Part shown: piece after piece, positions 62,214 through 64,000 of the stretch
Position numbering within the stretch: the stretch's first letter is position 1
Layout: the number at the start of each line of letters is the position of its first letter
Source: Mobula hypostoma
Lineage: Eukaryota
Direction: 5' to 3'
Length of the DNA: 64,000 nucleotides
Assembly: GCF_963921235.1 (NCBI RefSeq)
Contig: NC_086097.1
Coordinates: 109,618,001 to 109,682,000 of the forward strand
Position numbers and translations under genes: made by a program
Notes under the pieces: generated by a model
Told to the model about the DNA's origin: nothing
Databases searched by the model: none
The model's input: only the letters and a program-made list of their open reading frames with translations

Positions 62214-64000
62214 CTGTCAGAAGAAAATACCCTGTGTTCCCTTCATCCTTACTTCATTCTCCTTACTCTTTAACTGTTACAGTTTCCTCTTCCTCATCTA
62301 CTTACTCTTTTTTAAAAATCTTTTATAGTGTCCCCAAGTAACCACGTTTTACCTTACTCAGTACCGTCCTTTATCTATCGTTATCTCTTGTCCTTACAGA
62401 CAAGCTGAGCTGAAGGCATACTGCCCCTTTCAGTTCCAAGATTCAGATACAGATTCAAATCCATTTATATTCCCAGACTGCTTCAATAACTTTGTGGTTT
62501 GATGTTTTATATTCTGCGTTTTTCACTCGTTTTTTGCCGTTTGCATGATTTCTTCTTCTTTTTGCATGTTAGATGTTTGATGTTTTTCTTTGAATGGGTT
62601 TCATGGTGTTTCTTTGTTTCGTGGCTGAGTCTGGGAAGAAGAATCTCAGGGTTGTATACTGAATATATACTTCAATGATATTTGTACTTTGAACTTTGAA
62701 ACATACGGTGAAATGCATTATTTGTGTTAACATCCCACACAGCCTAAGGATGTGCTGGAGGCAGCCTGAAAGTGTCACCACACATTCCACCGCCATCATG
62801 GCATGCCCATTACATTTGCAGAACAGGCAAGTGGTAACACAATAACAAAAGAACAGCAGTATCGAAACCACAGCAAAACAAGCGCTTGACCTACCTAAAA
62901 CCCACTCGTCCACGTTTACACACAGACAGTTATCTAACATAGGACAGGCCATTTCTAGGCCTCCAGCACCAGTGGACTTATAGTCTCGCAGACACAGGGA
63001 ATTCCCCAAGGGACTCACAGACTTCAACCATGAGGCCTCAACTTCGGGACTTCTAATCAACCCTGAAGCTTCAGTCAGTCTTTGGCATCGACCCCAGGAA
63101 TTGCCAACGCATGAGGACTCCGAATGAGGATCCTGATCTTCAGGCCTCAAAGTCTGGACTTGCTGATGATGGGACCCCAAACACTAGGCCTCGAACTCTG
63201 GTCTTGCTGACTGGAGTACCTAGGGGTTCAGCATCCCTCATGCCTCCTGCATGATCCCAGTACCTGCTGACAACTCACTGGTACAAAGGCTCTAGAGAGC
63301 AGCTTCTTCAAGCTGATCTGCAGAAACAGTTTAATGCCCACCTTTAATTTCTCTTCTTTTTCATTTTCAAGGTGGATGGGTTCTGTCAGTAACTTTGACC
63401 TGCAGATGCATTCAGACAGCAATGATTCCCACTCCAGGGGCTCACTGGCTGGCCATTTTTCAATATTCCAAGGGCACAGCCTAGAAGACAAGCACGCCTT
63501 TGGGGTTCTAAGGCTTTGCAGCCCTGTGGATGAGCTGATTCTTTGTGGTGCTGCCAACTGAAGTGTTGCAGGAGTAAACGGAATATCGGGAACACCAGAT
63601 CTGCTTTCAGAGGTCTCTGTGGTTGGCGAACCGTTCTCTCTCTTTCTCTCGTTAGTGGGGGAGAGTTTCCTACCGATTCTTGAGTTGGAGAACTCAAAAA
63701 AGCGATCAGCAGACTTTAACACTGTAAATCAGTGAGTTGTTTTTGTTGGTCTCCCCTCTCACTGTATGACACCTCCCTGCCTCTTTATTAGGGGGAGAGA
63801 GAGAGCATGTGGTATGTTGAATTGTTGGGTGAACGATTGGATTTTCTGTACTGCAGATCATGGTCTTTCTTGGGGGCTTTGCTTTTGCTTGCTTGGTGGG
63901 TGGAGGGTGCAGATGCTTTTTTGCTTACATAAGTGGTGGAGGAGGAGGGTCGATGCTTTGCTGCTGTGTGTGCAAGAGAGGCAGGGAAGGAGGCTTTGGG

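Overview
This is eukaryotic, repeat-dense vertebrate DNA, most likely from a cartilaginous fish (ray or shark). That assignment is inferred from the repeat mix: V-domain HE1-like SINEs, CR1, Rex1/Babar, Neptune-type Penelope elements and RTE. Most of the window is decayed transposable elements: many CR1 and Rex1/Babar LINE fragments, one RTE, two L1-like 3' pieces, a Tc1, two solo LTRs, and a Gypsy element with a hAT deletion derivative nested in its gag zinc knuckle. Small host exons lie on the minus strand. Two of them (14368-14416, 10137-10180) resemble the N-terminal exons of ITPRID1/CCDC129. A phase-compatible three-exon chain (62 kb, 50 kb, 45.7 kb) could be the 3' end of an unidentified gene. 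The most striking structure comes from the Penelope-like family. Its 3' terminal region carries a minimal type I hammerhead ribozyme motif, with about ten recognisable copies. Three independent insertions are fold-back (inverted-arm) palindromes, each flanked by a 12-15 bp target-site duplication, with one full-length terminus and one shorter arm ending in microhomology. No database searches were run; family names come from recalled motifs.
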